From the NCBI GenBank assembly GCA_022605425.2, contig JAKIMF020000011.1:806001-870000 (forward strand): a stretch of DNA of 64,000 nt. The letters run 5' to 3'. The position numbers and the translations under genes are program-made. Below the pieces are notes generated by a model, which saw nothing but the letters and a program-made list of their open reading frames with translations, was not told where the DNA came from and did not search any database. Positions 13,846-26,705 of the stretch are shown one piece after another; position 1 is the first letter of the stretch; every line of letters starts with the position of its first letter. The stretch comes from Hamiltosporidium tvaerminnensis FI-OER-3-3. Lineage: Eukaryota; Fungi; Microsporidia.

Positions 13846-14060
13846 AGAGGATGACTTCATTAGAAACTAACAGGTTGCTAACTAGTAGATATAATTGGCG
13901 TGAAAACCATTGTTTATATTTTAGTTAGATAGAACGACACTTGATATATAGTCGAACCTCTATAATACCGAGTTATAACTGATTAAAAGAAACAAATAGA
14001 AAAATTCTATTTAGTCATTCTCGACACCGAGAGCTAAAAACGGCATGGAACAAGTAAGCA
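13846..14060 (+). repeat. Short variant B: degenerate head plus ~120-nt alternative body
   Basis: The body CTATAATACCGAGTTATAACTGATTAAAAGAAAC...CTCGACACCGAGA matches 42432-42503. It is preceded by a degenerate head (AGAGGATGACTTCAT...CCATTGTTT). Confidence 0.6.
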
Positions 14061-14477
14061 AGTATTATTCTTATATAATTCAAAAAAAAAGCAGTTCTTT
14101 TTTTATTATATAGAGATTGTTTTAGCCATAAATTACACACATTTCAATTGACAGAAAAAAATGTTGTTTTTTGAACATAATTCTCAAAATATATGAGCAA
14201 GAAAACCAGACAATTTTTAAATCTTAAAAATTACCACCTCTGATTAACATTATATAAAGTGTTTCCAGATGAAATTTGTTTATTTTTTAGAATAAAAAAC
14301 AGTATTTGAAAAAATAAAAAAAATTGAAATACGATCAAAGTAAACTATCTTCAAAATTTATACCAAAATTAATAATATAGGGGTTTCAATCAATATAATA
14401 ATCCTTGCAATGAATATCATAAATTTTCGATCAATATTATTATTGTTGCAATCAATATCATAATCCTTGCAATCAAT

Positions 14478-15207
14478 TTTTATTTAAAAATATCACATCT
14501 TTTTACAATAGTGGCAAGTGTTATATTTGTTTTCATGACATTAACGCAGTTCTAGGTTTAACATAAATAACTGCTACCCCAACACTCCATCGGTAACCCC
14601 TGCGATACCTACGTCCCAAAGCCTTTCATCTACCAGGTGTGTAGAACCTAATTACTAGGCGAGGCAGTTGCCCGGAGTTCGTTAATGTCCGTTGCATGGA
14701 GTGTGATCGAAGGCCGAAGCCCCCCCTGGGCTCCCCCAAGACTATGCAGCATTCCCACTTACTCTACACTTTCTGAACCCAATAAACTTCTAGCTAAGAT
14801 ATATTTCAGAGATTTACATGGGGTCCACCTAGACAGTGCAATGTCATACCAACAGGTATAACCTGCTACTTAGCTCTCCCGGCTTTTAATGGGTTTTATT
14901 TTTATATCTCCCAGGCGCTAAGTCTTCTAACCCGAGTGAGCAAGGCTAGGTTTCCATGCTTTTACATGGCGATTACCTACATGTTCAGCTGCGGTCTGCA
15001 ATCTGGTTACATAAAAAACTACAAATAAATTCGTAGAAAAAGTTTCACCATTTCTTAGACCTCTCCTCCTCATAACAACTTCCATGGAACAACCGAAAAT
15101 GTAGTGTGGTTGTATTCCCACCAAAAATCCAAACAATGATCTCACACCAGTTTCACACACTCATTGCCAAGCAGAAAGTTTTTTATGTGGTTATCCTCCC
15201 TCCACCG
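14478..15207 (-). mobile_element. ~720-bp non-coding dispersed element, copy 1, inserted in the Tc1 left TIR
   Basis: Head GTGGAGGGAGGATAACCACAT, tail AAGATGTGATATTTTTAAATAAAA. Flanked by the direct repeat CTTGCAATCAAT (14466-14477 and 15208-15219), a candidate 12-bp TSD. Confidence 0.85.
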
Positions 15208-15331
15208 CTTGCAATCAATATAATAATTATTTTTAAAAAATAAAAATTTTAAAAAAAAATTTAAAACATAGAAATTTAATAAATAAAATTATAAATAGTA
15301 CTTGAGATTTATTATTCAAGAATAACTTGCC

Positions 15332-16478
15332 CTACTTCGGCTTTTGCAAATATCCTAACATTTTACGGTAAAAAGAACTACAATGTTCTCCCTTAATCTC
15401 ATTAAATTTTCTACAAATTAATATTCTCAACTGAGGTTCAGTACGAGCACCACCTCGAATTACTTTATTTTTCCAGACAGAGGATACATTCTCAATTGGA
15501 TTAAGAAATTGAGAGTAAGGTGGAAGATATTTTATTCGATACGAAGCGATTTCCTCATCATCATTCAATCCACGATAGTGATAAATTCTCGCATTGTCCA
15601 TTACAAATATTGTAGTCAAAATTATTTGCCGTTGACAACTTTCATTAATCTCCTTAATAAATTATTTGAATTCTCATCATTTACGGCCCTCTCATGAATC
15701 TTATGGTATATCATACCATATTTGTTTTTTGCTGCGACTACTCAAATATTTCTACCTTGGGCTGCAGTTACATATAGATATGTTGATCCACTTCTCATAT
15801 TACGACCTCTGCTGAGGCGTCTTACTACCGCAACCCCATTTTCATCTAAAAAGACAAAGTTTTTGTCATCGTTATCAACCTCTAAACTACTAAAACTAGT
15901 TGCGTAATTGTTTTTTAGCTCAATTGTCAAAGGTCAATTTCTACGCTCAAGCACTAATGTTACACGCTTTGAAGTGTAATGGAACTCCCTTAATGCGCGA
16001 TCAATTGTACATCTTGCAACACCAACATTAAATGTACACCTGACCCTTTCTGCCAACTCATACTGGGTTTTTGTACACTCCAAATCAACATAGGTTTGTA
16101 AGCTCTTTTTTATTTCCAAAGTTAACTTTGAGCGCCTATCACCACATCTTTTCTCGACAAATACCAAGCCAGTTTTTAAATATCGTCTAACGATACTATT
16201 AACTGTCTGGTAATTTATTCGATAATCGAGGCAATTGCGGACATAGAATAGCCTTCTAGTGTTTTTTCAATTATGCGTTCCCGATCATTGATATAAACCA
16301 TTTGTTTCCTCAGAGTTTGAATGGTGGTTAGTGGGAGATTTTCATCATGTGATCCCGATGTTTCCACAAGACACTTCAAAACATTGTCATTTTCGCACTC
16401 TATACATTCCGGTGTTTCACCCACATGAAAATCATATTTGTTCTCGTTGGTATTTTTACCTGAAAAAGAATTTGACAT
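15332..16478 (-). pseudogene. Tc1/IS630-family DDE transposase, broken into about five fragments
   Basis: HTH region (YSMSAIAS; TQYELAERV..TIDRALREFHY), VFLDE, VMDNARIYH and YLPPYSQFLNPIE; several stops and frameshifts; CCC immediately before the ATG. Confidence 0.9.
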
Positions 16479-16553
16479 GGGAGTTAATTTTATAATGAAT
16501 AGATTATTTTTTAAATTTTACTTTTTTAAAAATAATTATTAGATTTTTAAAAT

Positions 16554-17273
16554 GTGGAGGGAGGATAACCACATAAAAACTTTCTGCTTGGCAATGAGTG
16601 TGTGAAACTGTTGTGAGATCATTGTTTGGTTTTTGGTGGAAATACAACCACACTACATCTTCGGTTGTTCCATGGGAGTTGTTATGAGGAGAAGAAGTCT
16701 AAGAAATTGAGAAACTTTTTCTACAAATTTATTTGTAGTTTTTTATGTAACTAGATCGCTGACTGCAGCCAAACATGTTGGTAATTGCCATATAAAGGCG
16801 TGGAAATCTAGCCTTGCTCACTCGGTTAGAAGACTTAGCGCCTGTGTGATATAGAAATATAAACTATTAAAAGCCGGTAGAGCTAAGCAGCCGGTATTAC
16901 CTGTTGGTATGACATTGCACTGTCTAGATGGACCCCATGTAAGTCTCCAAATATATCTTAGCTAGAAGTTTATTGGGTTCAGAAAGTGTAGAGTAATTGG
17001 AAATGCTGCATAGTCTTGGGAGCTCAAGGTTGGTTTCGGCCTTCGATCACACACCATGCAACAGATATTCACGAAATCAGGGCATTTCTTAGCCTATTAA
17101 TTAGGTAATACACACCTAGTAGATGAAGGGCTTTGAGAAGTAGGTATCGCAGGAGATTCTGATTGAGTCTTGGGGTAACAGTTATTTATGGTACACTTTA
17201 AGGTGCCATTATGTCCTGTAAACACAATTAGCACTTGCTACTGTTTTAAAAAGATGTGATTCTTTATAATAAA
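16554..17273 (+). mobile_element. ~720-bp dispersed element, copy 2
   Basis: Full-length inverted homologue of copy 1, visibly diverged by many substitutions; ends in AATAAA. Confidence 0.85.
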
Positions 17274-18279
17274 TTTATTATTGCATAAAATGAAAAGAGG
17301 ATGTATAAATTCGACAAGAAATTACATGTTAAACTACTCGAAATAAAGAATAAAATTTGGCTGATTTTTTTTGAATTTCGATTACATCATTACTGGTTCT
17401 TCTATAAATAGAAAGAAAGTAAAAAAAGATTTGAATTTATTGCCGGAAAATGCTAGAAACCATTTCCCATCATATCTTTGGCTATTAAATTGATTCGTTT
17501 ACATTTTTACAGTTTCAATTACTTGTTTCGGCAAAACAGATTAAAAATACTATGTAATTTCTGAATTTTAGTCAAAAGACGAAGATATCATAACGTTTTA
17601 CATTGCTTAAACTACCGTAACTACTCTAGTCTCTACACTGATATAAAAACTGAAGATAAAAAAGGAGCGTAAAAGGATCGTATTTCGTTTGAAACGAAAC
17701 AAGGCCCTTATGCATTCCCGAACTTAATCTAAAATACTTTATATTTGATTTTTTTCGAAAAAAATATTTTACGGTGGTTCAATTTATGCGAATAAGGAAA
17801 TGTACGACATATAAAGTAAATTGGGTTTTTAAAAATAAAAAAAAAAATTAAAACTGAATTTTATCGTTCCAATAAATATGCCAATAATATCGATCTAACT
17901 ACAAATTTTGTGGAAATTTATTAAAAAATACCCATTATAATAAAAAGAGGAGTAATTATATTGTAAAAATCCTACATTTTGAAAATATTTTTGTATAATA
18001 ATTAAAACAAATCTAACTTTCTTTCGCTGCTCTAATTTACCACTACGAAATTTTTTTTCCTTCAGTTTCGCGAAATAAATTTTGTTAGCTATTACTTTTT
18101 AAATATTTCAGAACTTTCTTTACCTTTGATAATATAAATGGGGTCTCTTAATGACTAGATTTAAACTTGTTGCGCATTTTTTTTTATCATTTTTAATTGT
18201 ATAAATTATATCACACATTCTTTTTTATCAAATGCTAAAGAAATGTAAAAATTAGAAAAATTTTTATCAAATAAATATC

Positions 18280-19010
18280 GAATTTTTTTTAGAAGTGAAA
18301 ATGTTATATTCTTCCATGACATTAATGCAGCCATGAGTAGCTTAGATAACAGGTTCTCAAACATTCAGTCGATGCATTTCGATAAATCTCTATCCCCATG
18401 CGATAGCTCCCATATACAGGTAAAATATTTTAAATGGGGGATCTAGTTTTTCTCGATTGTTAATCACAGTTGCTCGAGAGTTATCGCGAGTCCAAATCAA
18501 CATCGGATACGCCATGATATGCAGTATTATAATTTTTTAGATTTTTGAACACAATAGAGTTACGGATAAGATTTATCGTAGCTCCTTAATTAAGATAAAG
18601 TAGTTTTACAATCTCCCACACGTTGTAAATGTGCATCGCGAATCTGAATAACTACTTTGGATTTAGTTCAATTACTTTATGATGTAATCTAAATAGCCTT
18701 ATCAGACATTGATACAACATGAGAATCAATAACAAGTTGTTATATTTTTTATGTATAGATTTAAAAATACGCAAGTTTTATATTTATATATCTTTTTATG
18801 AAGATTTTGTTTACTATAACAAAAACTAGTCACAAAGAAATAAATTCTAGCATCCGACGGGTATAATCTATTATTTACCGATCTGGTTTTTTAAAGAATA
18901 TATTTTTGTACCTCCGAAATTCCAAGCCTTCGTAACTGAATATTAAAAGCTAAGGTCTCACGCTTTATCATTGCAAAAACTTAAAATTTCTTATTTCCTG
19001 TCGTATTTAT
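18280..19010 (-). repeat. Highly diverged old copy of the ~720-bp element
   Basis: Colinear anchors to copy 1: TGTTATATT, CATGACATTAAnGCAG, GTTAAT..GTTGC, TATGCAG, TTTnTGAACnCAATA, AAATAAATTC, TCTCAC, CATTGC. Confidence 0.55.
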
Positions 19011-19548
19011 TCTGTTTCCCCTGTAAAGAATAAAAAAAAATCTATAATAAAATATCGACTGGAATTGCACCAATTTTTGTTTTTAAAATGAAAATTAAAA
19101 AATTTCCAAGGTTTCAATTAGATTTTAAAGTCTATATGCTCGGGTTTTAAAAAATTTCTTACTTATATGCACCTAATTTTTTTTGGTTATATTATTTTGT
19201 CTCTCCTATATTAATTCTATCACCCTCCCGTTTTGAAAGCCTTTGCTTTTATAATAGGATAAAAGATTAAAAACATGTTAAAAAACCGTAAAAAAAATAT
19301 ATTTTCTAAACCCTTTAATTTAAAGTTTCAATGTAACTTGTGTCTTATTTCCTTTATATTTTTAAATTTTTAGATTAAACTACAAAAGTGTGTCATATAT
19401 AGAGGTAAAGTAAAAAAACCAGTGAAAAGATAGGCATATAGAAAAATGCTTAAAATAAAACCACCTAAAAAATCAATTTTTTTTTATTTTTTTTTATTCT
19501 GTGCTAATTTTTGTTAATTTTATGTTTTTAATTGTTTATAATTTCATA

Positions 19549-22500
19549 ATGAGTAGAAGGAAAAAAGTAGATAGCGAAAATATAAGAAATAAAAAAATAA
19601 AAGCTGTAAACAACTTGGAGAACAGCGTAGGAGAGCTTTTGATGTGTGATGTAGATGTAGATGTAGAAATGGTATCCGATAGACTTTCATCTTCACCAAC
19701 CTTCCATAACACTACCCACCAAGCAGTAGTTGCTAGAATAGTCCAGTCAGCTTGGTTGACACCATAAAATCGTCTTCTGGTACCAATGCCACTGCGTGTG
19801 AACCAGCCAACGGCATGTCAAACCCCAATACAGAAGCCATTCTAGAAGGAAATCGACTGATTGTATTGCACTCAATACTTGACTCTGTCACAGTCGTAGA
19901 GCAGGAATGGCCTAGATCTGCTATTCTAGCAGTGCAAAAGAGGTTTGAGAGAATGCCCAGAAATGGCTGGCCCGCTAAATTGAGGTACTATAATGAGAAA
20001 TTTAGCTGCACACTAGATATCGATGCGTTTAAAAAACTCGCACAATATAAGGCAGAAAGAGAAATAAGGCAAGAAGAAAATTGAGAGCGACGTAGAATCG
20101 CGACTTGTGTCACTGAGCCATGCACCCTGACTAACACCACGGAGTTCATAAACCTGATAGATAAATTTTTGAGTAAAATCAAAGAAATTTCAGAGAAAAA
20201 AATCGCAAAAGTGGTGATCCGAACTCAAAAGCTTCCAGGTGAATTGGTTGACAGTAAAGTTTCGGACCTTATTAATCGAATTATCTGTGAGTATGCCGGA
20301 GCTCATGTAACTGAGTAAATTCAGGACGCTTGGAATATCATACAAGCTGTAAAGGTATGCTATTTCGAGGCTCAGTAAAGAGAAGCCTAAATCCGCTTGG
20401 AAGGAAAACATAGAAAGTAAAATTTCTAAGTTAGTACTTTCCAAAGATCTTCTCGAGAAGGCTCGTAAGCAGGAAAAGCTCTCCACTTCGGAAACGAAGA
20501 GCCTTAAGAAAATCATTCGAGAGTTTAATTTAAACTTGAGCAGCGTAACTGATCTTTCCGAGGCTTTAGTTAAGAAGAATGAGTTTTTGAATGTTTACGA
20601 GAAAAAAATTACGATGCATGAATGTAGGTAGCAATTCCGAAAAGAGAATCGTATGTTTGAGCTTTTCCGAGGTCGATTTTATCGTGGGTTATCTGAGCGT
20701 GTGGAATCCGAGCATGTGGTCAGTCGTGATGAAATTGGGAGTTTTTGGTCTACATTGTGGAACAAAAATGATGACACAGTCACGTATGATGATTATTTGA
20801 TTCCATTTGTATCAGATAATCATCCGACCACGTTTCCTTCACTTGATGGATTTGTAAATATCCTTAATTGACTCCCTAATTGGAAAGCTGCTGGAATTAA
20901 TGGTATTTACAATTTTTTCATTGAGAAACTTACAACTCTTCACAAATATCTTTATGATATTGTGAAAGTTATATGTTTAGAAGGAGCACCTCAAACTGAT
21001 CGATTTTACTGCGGGCTTACGTATTTGATACCGAAAGGAATTCCACGAAGAGGTTCTGACTACAGGCCAATCACTTGTATGTCAAACCTCTATAAGTTAA
21101 CGACAAAGTGTGTAACGAAAGTCGTTTAACTTGAAGTGGAAAGGCGAGGGTTGCTTGCAGAGAACCAATTAGGGGCAGTAAGAGGTGTGCAGGGAGCGAA
21201 AGAGCAGGCTCTACTGAATATTGCCTTAAATAAAGAGTATGGAAATAATCTTAAGGCAACATGGATTGATGTTAAAAAAGCTTATGAATCACAGATCATG
21301 CTTTTTTAACTCAATGCATTGAAAACCTTAATCTACCTGGTTTGCATCCTGAAATTTATTAAGGTAATTATATCAAAATGGAAAATTGATATATCAGTAG
21401 GGCCTGAAAAAATCATGAGCAAGAAGATTGATAGAGAGATTCTACGAGGAGATAGTTTGTCACCATTGTTGTTTGTGTTGTGTATGGATCCATTAAGCCG
21501 AAAGCTTAATGAAAAATACACAAAAGTGACCGTACAAACAGATACAGAATCCCATTCTACTAATCATCTCTTGTTTATTAATGATCTTAAGCTCCTTGCA
21601 AAAGACAGCTCGACATTAATTGATATGACAGGCGAGGCAAAGGAATTTTTAGAAGTTAGGGTTAGAGATTAACAAAGAGAAGTCAGCCACAAATGATACG
21701 TGTTGTGAAGATACTGCTAATTTTTTAGAAGGTATTGGTGTTTACAAATATTTAGGAATAATAGAAGATAGCAGAGGAATCTCAACACGTAGCTCATTTG
21801 AAGAAGTACAGAGCAAACTTATATCAAGAGTTGAAAGATTTTGTCACACTAGATTAAATGCAAAAAATTTATTTTCTGCAATCAATCAAAATGCTATATC
21901 GTAAATCAACTATCACATAGGAGTACTTCACTTGAACTGGCTGACTTTTTTAAGTTAGATGATGCAGTGCGTGCGGTGTTGGTGAAGAATAAGGTACATC
22001 TTCGCCCAGGATGTAAAGAGCGTTTGTATCTTCCTAGAATAGAACTTGAAGAGGCCTACATAGTGTTAAGTTGCAAAGCGAACATATGCTTCTGCAACTC
22101 CTGGATTGTCTGAAAAAAAGTAAAGAAATATCAACTAGACAAGCAGCAATCCTCAAGGTGGAGAATAATAATAAAACCCATCTTGCACTAATAAAAGGCT
22201 TCTTAAAAGTAAAGTACAGGTTGGTAGAAGAAGTCACTAAGAAAAGTTTAGAAGAAGCTCAACTTGCAAAACTATATAACGAAATAGAAAAATGATAACT
22301 CCATTCAAAGTTATATAATGCAAGAAAAAATGAGCTTATGAGTGTTAGTGACTCTTCAAGATGGCTAAAGAGAGGAAATATTAGGCCACGAAATGAAGCT
22401 GTGTTCTGCTATATCCAGGATAGAAATGTATTCTGGGGAGCAGATGGTGTGTGTCAACATTGCGGGAAGTCTGGTAAGACTGTGGATCACCTAGCAACTA

Positions 22501-23320
22501 GATGTGAAAAAATGCTAGGCCATGACTATACCAGACGGCATAATGAAGTGGTTAGAATCCTACACTTACTTCTCCTAAATAGATATAAGTTTAAGTCCTC
22601 AAAACGAATTAGGAGTCACTCAGTTCAAGAAATTCTTGATAATGAGTATGCAGAGATAAGAGTGGACACCAGAATTAAAACTGATGTTAAAATTCGGAAT
22701 AACAGACCCGACATATATATTTTAGATAAGAAGAAGAATAAGATAACACTCATTGAAGTAGGAATCACTTCCCAAGATTCACTTCAAATAGTTGAAACTG
22801 AAAAACTTAGGAAGTATGACCTGCTAGCCAATGAGTTGGGTCTTATTTATAAGTGTAGTGTTGGGATAATCCCCTATGTGATGACCTGGGACGGTATTGT
22901 GACAAAATACCATAAATCTCATCTTAAAAGACTAGAAATACCCACGAATGTAGAGGCATACATTCAGTCCTTAGTACTTAAGAAAACAGTCGAAACAATT
23001 TCCTTTGATCGACGAAGAGGACTTGAGTCAGGACTAAATGCCGAACAGAGCTGGGAGAGAGCGTCAATGGGTGTCATTATGAGAGCAGAGATGCATGAGG
23101 AACCAAAACCCCCTTTAAAACAAGCGAGTAATGAAGAAGGTTGTGTTAAAACAAAAAATAAAGAAAAATATTATACCCTTTATAATACAAGGAGGAACCA
23201 CTCTAGAGGAACCGATCAATAACATTAAAGGAAGAGTCGTATTTGGAAGAAGAGACAGTAGTGGTGAAAGAGGTAGAATAAAACATATAAAAATGGGAAA
23301 AAAAATTTTAACCAAAAATT
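19549..23320 (+). mobile_element. Non-LTR retrotransposon with a restriction-like endonuclease (R4/Dong/NeSL-type), pseudogenised
   Basis: RT motifs WKAAGINGIYNF, YLIPKG, DYRPITCMSNLYKL, ENQLG, WIDVKKAY, GDSLSPLLFVLCMD, HLLFINDLKL and YKYLGI. C-terminal CQHC..VDHLATRC knuckle, RHN, RPD, IEVG and EKLRKY. Multiple stops and frameshifts. Confidence 0.92.
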
Positions 23321-23329
23321 TTATTCATG

Positions 23330-23423
23330 GATTGCTGTATTATTATATTGATTGCAATAATTATGATATTGATCGAAAAATTATTAATTGATTGCAAGGA
23401 TATATATTGATGGAAGAACCCTA
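23330..23423 (-). repeat. Outer Tc1-type terminal inverted repeat, matching 14378-14477
   Basis: The reverse complement TAGGGTTCTTCCATCAATAT..ATCCTTGCAATCAAT..TTTTCGATCAATAT..TTGCAATCAATAT aligns with the left TIR; followed by TA at 23424-23425. Confidence 0.8.
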
Positions 23424-23567
23424 TAAAAATCGTTTTTAATTTACCAAAATTATTTAGTTTAATCATATTTCCATATTTCGAATAATAATTAATTTAAAGG
23501 TGTAAAATACAAAAAAATGAAATTCAATCTTACGATTTTTATAAAAAAACGAATAATTTTTACCTAA

Positions 23568-25290
23568 ATGGTAATACAGAAATTATATTTGATTCTTTAA
23601 GTACAATTTGTATTTTCTTCGAGGTAAAATTATGAACGAAGAAATACAAATTGTGATGATCAGAATAATAAATATGCTGAAGACAACCACCGTAATATGG
23701 AGAATGTCAACATTCAAAAAACATTTTGCTAAAATAAGCTACCTTATAGAATTTGTAGTCTGATATAGTTTCAGAGCTAGAAAAAAATTCTTATAGTAAA
23801 CTTAGTCATGAAAATAAACAGAAAATCCGTGATGAACACGCTTTCTCTAATCCGCGTGATATCGATAAATATCGAATTTCGAGGGAATATTCAGAGATAA
23901 CAAACCAATCAGATACAAAAAGCAGACAAGGAATAAACAAACATTTGACTTTTCTACGACAAAAACGAAAGGATGAATGAGAAAAATTTTAATTCTACAT
24001 CAAAAAACAATTTATCTAATTAGATACACAATAACTACAAAATAAAGAAGTGATGAGTATCCTGATTGCCATCAGAAAACTTACGACCAATCTCAAAGTT
24101 ATAAATCGAACCTGGGTACTGATTCAAAATTTTTAACTCTAGTGTCATCTAATTATTATTTTAGTTTGTAATACACTAATACTAAAGAATATACCATGGA
24201 TATTTCTAGTCTTTTCGACTTTTCTAAAACAAAAAAAAATCGAAATTCGTGCCAATTACTTCAAGTTTTAATATAAAATTAGATATCTTTGATAAAAGTT
24301 ATTTAGAAAAATTTTTGATATAGAAAGTAATAATAGTGTAATATTTGATAAATCTATAAACAACGACATATAATTTTGCGATATCAGAATTTCATCGAAG
24401 GTGATTTTTCATTTAATGGATAGTTTATAAAATTAGATAAAAAACCTTTTTATGATTTAATAGATATTGTTAGTACAAAGGAAAATAATTTTTAGACACG
24501 GGTTGAAGACCAGATGATGAAGAATTACTGAGTTGGAAGGCTAATAAAAACTGTAATGAGATATTATTTTTGTAAACCTTGTTCTCCAAATTTATCATTT
24601 TTTTCCTAGTATAGTCAATTAAATATATTTTATAGCCAATCTAATATATGAAGATTATAGAAATGTAAAAAAATTATTTCTGGGGAATCTACTACTGAAA
24701 GTTTCTGAATCTTTTTGGAATCTACAATTCTATACTTCACCTCAAGATAATGACAGCCTGAGATATGTTAAATACTATAAATTTTAAAATTTTATTATTT
24801 TTAAGAAAAAAAAGAAATTTAATGGTTTGGAAAGATCATATGAAGTTTTCGAAAAAATAGCAAAAAAAAATTCATTCGAACAAATGTTTCCGACGCTTAC
24901 ATCTTTATGCTTGATTATATTTCAATAAACGCGATCTATAGAAATATTGGTATGCATATACCAAACGGTGGTCATATATATTTGAATAAGGTCGTTTCGG
25001 AAGGCATTTTCAGAATGAAGCTCGAAATTATATTATCGTTCATTTCGCAGTTAAAAGGTTTTAAACTGGAAGGGTTTAGGAGGTTAAATTCCTTCTCTCT
25101 TATAAACCGTTTGTTTTCGCGACTTTATTATTTTTCATCTGAATTTGTGAAAATATTTAGGCTGATTTCGAACTTATTTATATCAATTTGATAGAATCGT
25201 ATAAAATTTTTTATCTCCGAGTTACTTTCTTTCGAAGTTTTTCAGGCTGAAGATAGTCTTATAAAAAACGAGTTACGATTTATTGAATAA
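23568..25290 (+). pseudogene. Possible decayed gene of a secreted lineage-specific family
   Basis: ACC motif before the ATG; signal-like MVIQKLYLIL*VQFVFSS, then hydrophilic codon-like sequence with many stops; residual 94-aa ORF at 24907. No family recognised. Confidence 0.3.
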
Positions 25291-26086
25291 TGGGATTTAA
25301 AGGAATTAATGATTGTTTCAGAAGTTTTATTTGCCATGTTTAATCTTTAAAAAGCGTTGGGTGGAATAATAAGGGTACATACAAACCAATACAATTTGGG
25401 ATCTTTTGAATATTTCAACGAAGGAATTAAATTGTGTGTGAAATTTTTAAAATATAAATCGTTTTAACGAAAACTAAAATTTTATGGTAAAAAATTTATT
25501 TGTTTCACAATTTAAAACCTATTTGTATTTAGATTCTAAATTTTAGCTTAAAACGATTTATTAAGTTCTAGTTAAAATTTTTATCCTTCTTTTACAAGTT
25601 TTAAGCTTAATATTTCAATTAATAACAAATTGTTTGTTTGTAAGCTTTATCTTGATATTAATATAAAAACATAATAAATCAAAGTCTCTGTTTACTACTT
25701 TACAATATATTCTGTAATTATTCTGACTTTAAAATATTTTAACCGAAATAGTCTTTTTAAGCTAAAATATTTTGTTTTCAAATAATATATTTTTTAATTA
25801 TTCTGAATTTATAATATTTTCACAAAGAAATCCATTTTTTAAGTGCAAATGAACTTTTAAATTTTTTTTAAATTAAAAAACATATACCTTTGCTGCTCAT
25901 ACAAAGAATATATTTTTAGGTTTGGTTGAAAAACAATTTTCCTTTCATCTAATTCTCTATAGTAAACAATTGATATACTAAATATTATATAATAGAAGTA
26001 TGTTTGGGCAACATAGATCTGTTATCTATAAATTTGAATAAATAATAGGAATTATTATTTTTTAATTGAATAATATTCTTAGAGAG

Positions 26087-26705
26087 ACATCTTAAGTTAT
26101 TCATGGAGGTTTTTATTATGAATAGAGGTCTACAAAGTGATGAAACTTTTTTTATAAATTTATTTGTAGTTTTCTATGTAACTGGATCAAAGGTCGCAGC
26201 CAAAAATGTAGGCAATTGCCGTGCAAAAGCATGAAAATCTAGCTTTGTACACTGGCTTAAAAGATTGAGTGCCTGGGGGATATAGAAAATAAAAAGATTT
26301 AAAGCCGGGAAAGCTAAGTAGGAGGTTATACCTCTCGGTATGACATTGCACTGTCTAGGTGAACCCCATGTAAGTCTCTGAAATATATTTTAGCTAGAAA
26401 TTTGTTGGGTTCAGAAAGTGTAGAGTAAGTGGAAATGCTGCCTAGTCTTGGGGGAGCCCAGGGGGGTCTTGGACTTCGATCACACTCCATGCAACGGACA
26501 CTAACAAACCCCGCAGAACTGCCTCGCCTAGTGATTAGGTTCTACACAGCTGTTAGATAAAATGCAGTGGAATTTAGGTATCGCAGGGGGTGTTGATGGC
26601 GTGTTGGAGTAGCAGTTATTTATGTTACACCTAGAATCTCGTTAATGGTATGTAAACAAATATAACACTTGCTTTTTTTAAAAAGATGTGATACTTTTAA
26701 ATAAA
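26087..26705 (+). mobile_element. ~720-bp dispersed element, copy 3, lacking the ~100-nt head
   Basis: Aligns to copies 1 and 2 from ACATCTT..CATGGA to AAGATGTGATACTTTTAAATAAA. Confidence 0.85.

Larger units (their letters stand above)
14378..16545 (-). mobile_element. Tc1/mariner (IS630-like) DNA transposon with left TIR and inner part of right TIR
   Basis: TA followed by TAGGGGTTTCAATCAATAT... at 14378, with internal TTGCAATCAAT repeats. Inner TIR parts at 15217-15270 and 16495-16545 are reverse complements of each other. A transposase relic lies between them. Confidence 0.8.

Noticed and set aside
14927-15160. 77-aa ORF repeated at 45658-45891, and the 83-aa ORF at 63386-63637
   Set aside because: These lie inside the 720-bp repeat. 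The 77-aa ORFs have GTG starts, and the frames are broken in other copies. No protein motif recognised.
16554-17273. Group I intron, hammerhead, HDV ribozyme or tRNA-SINE identity for the 720-bp element
   Set aside because: No CTGAnGA/GAAA core, no convincing P7 or nested pseudoknot, no proper A/B box pair, and internal T-runs.
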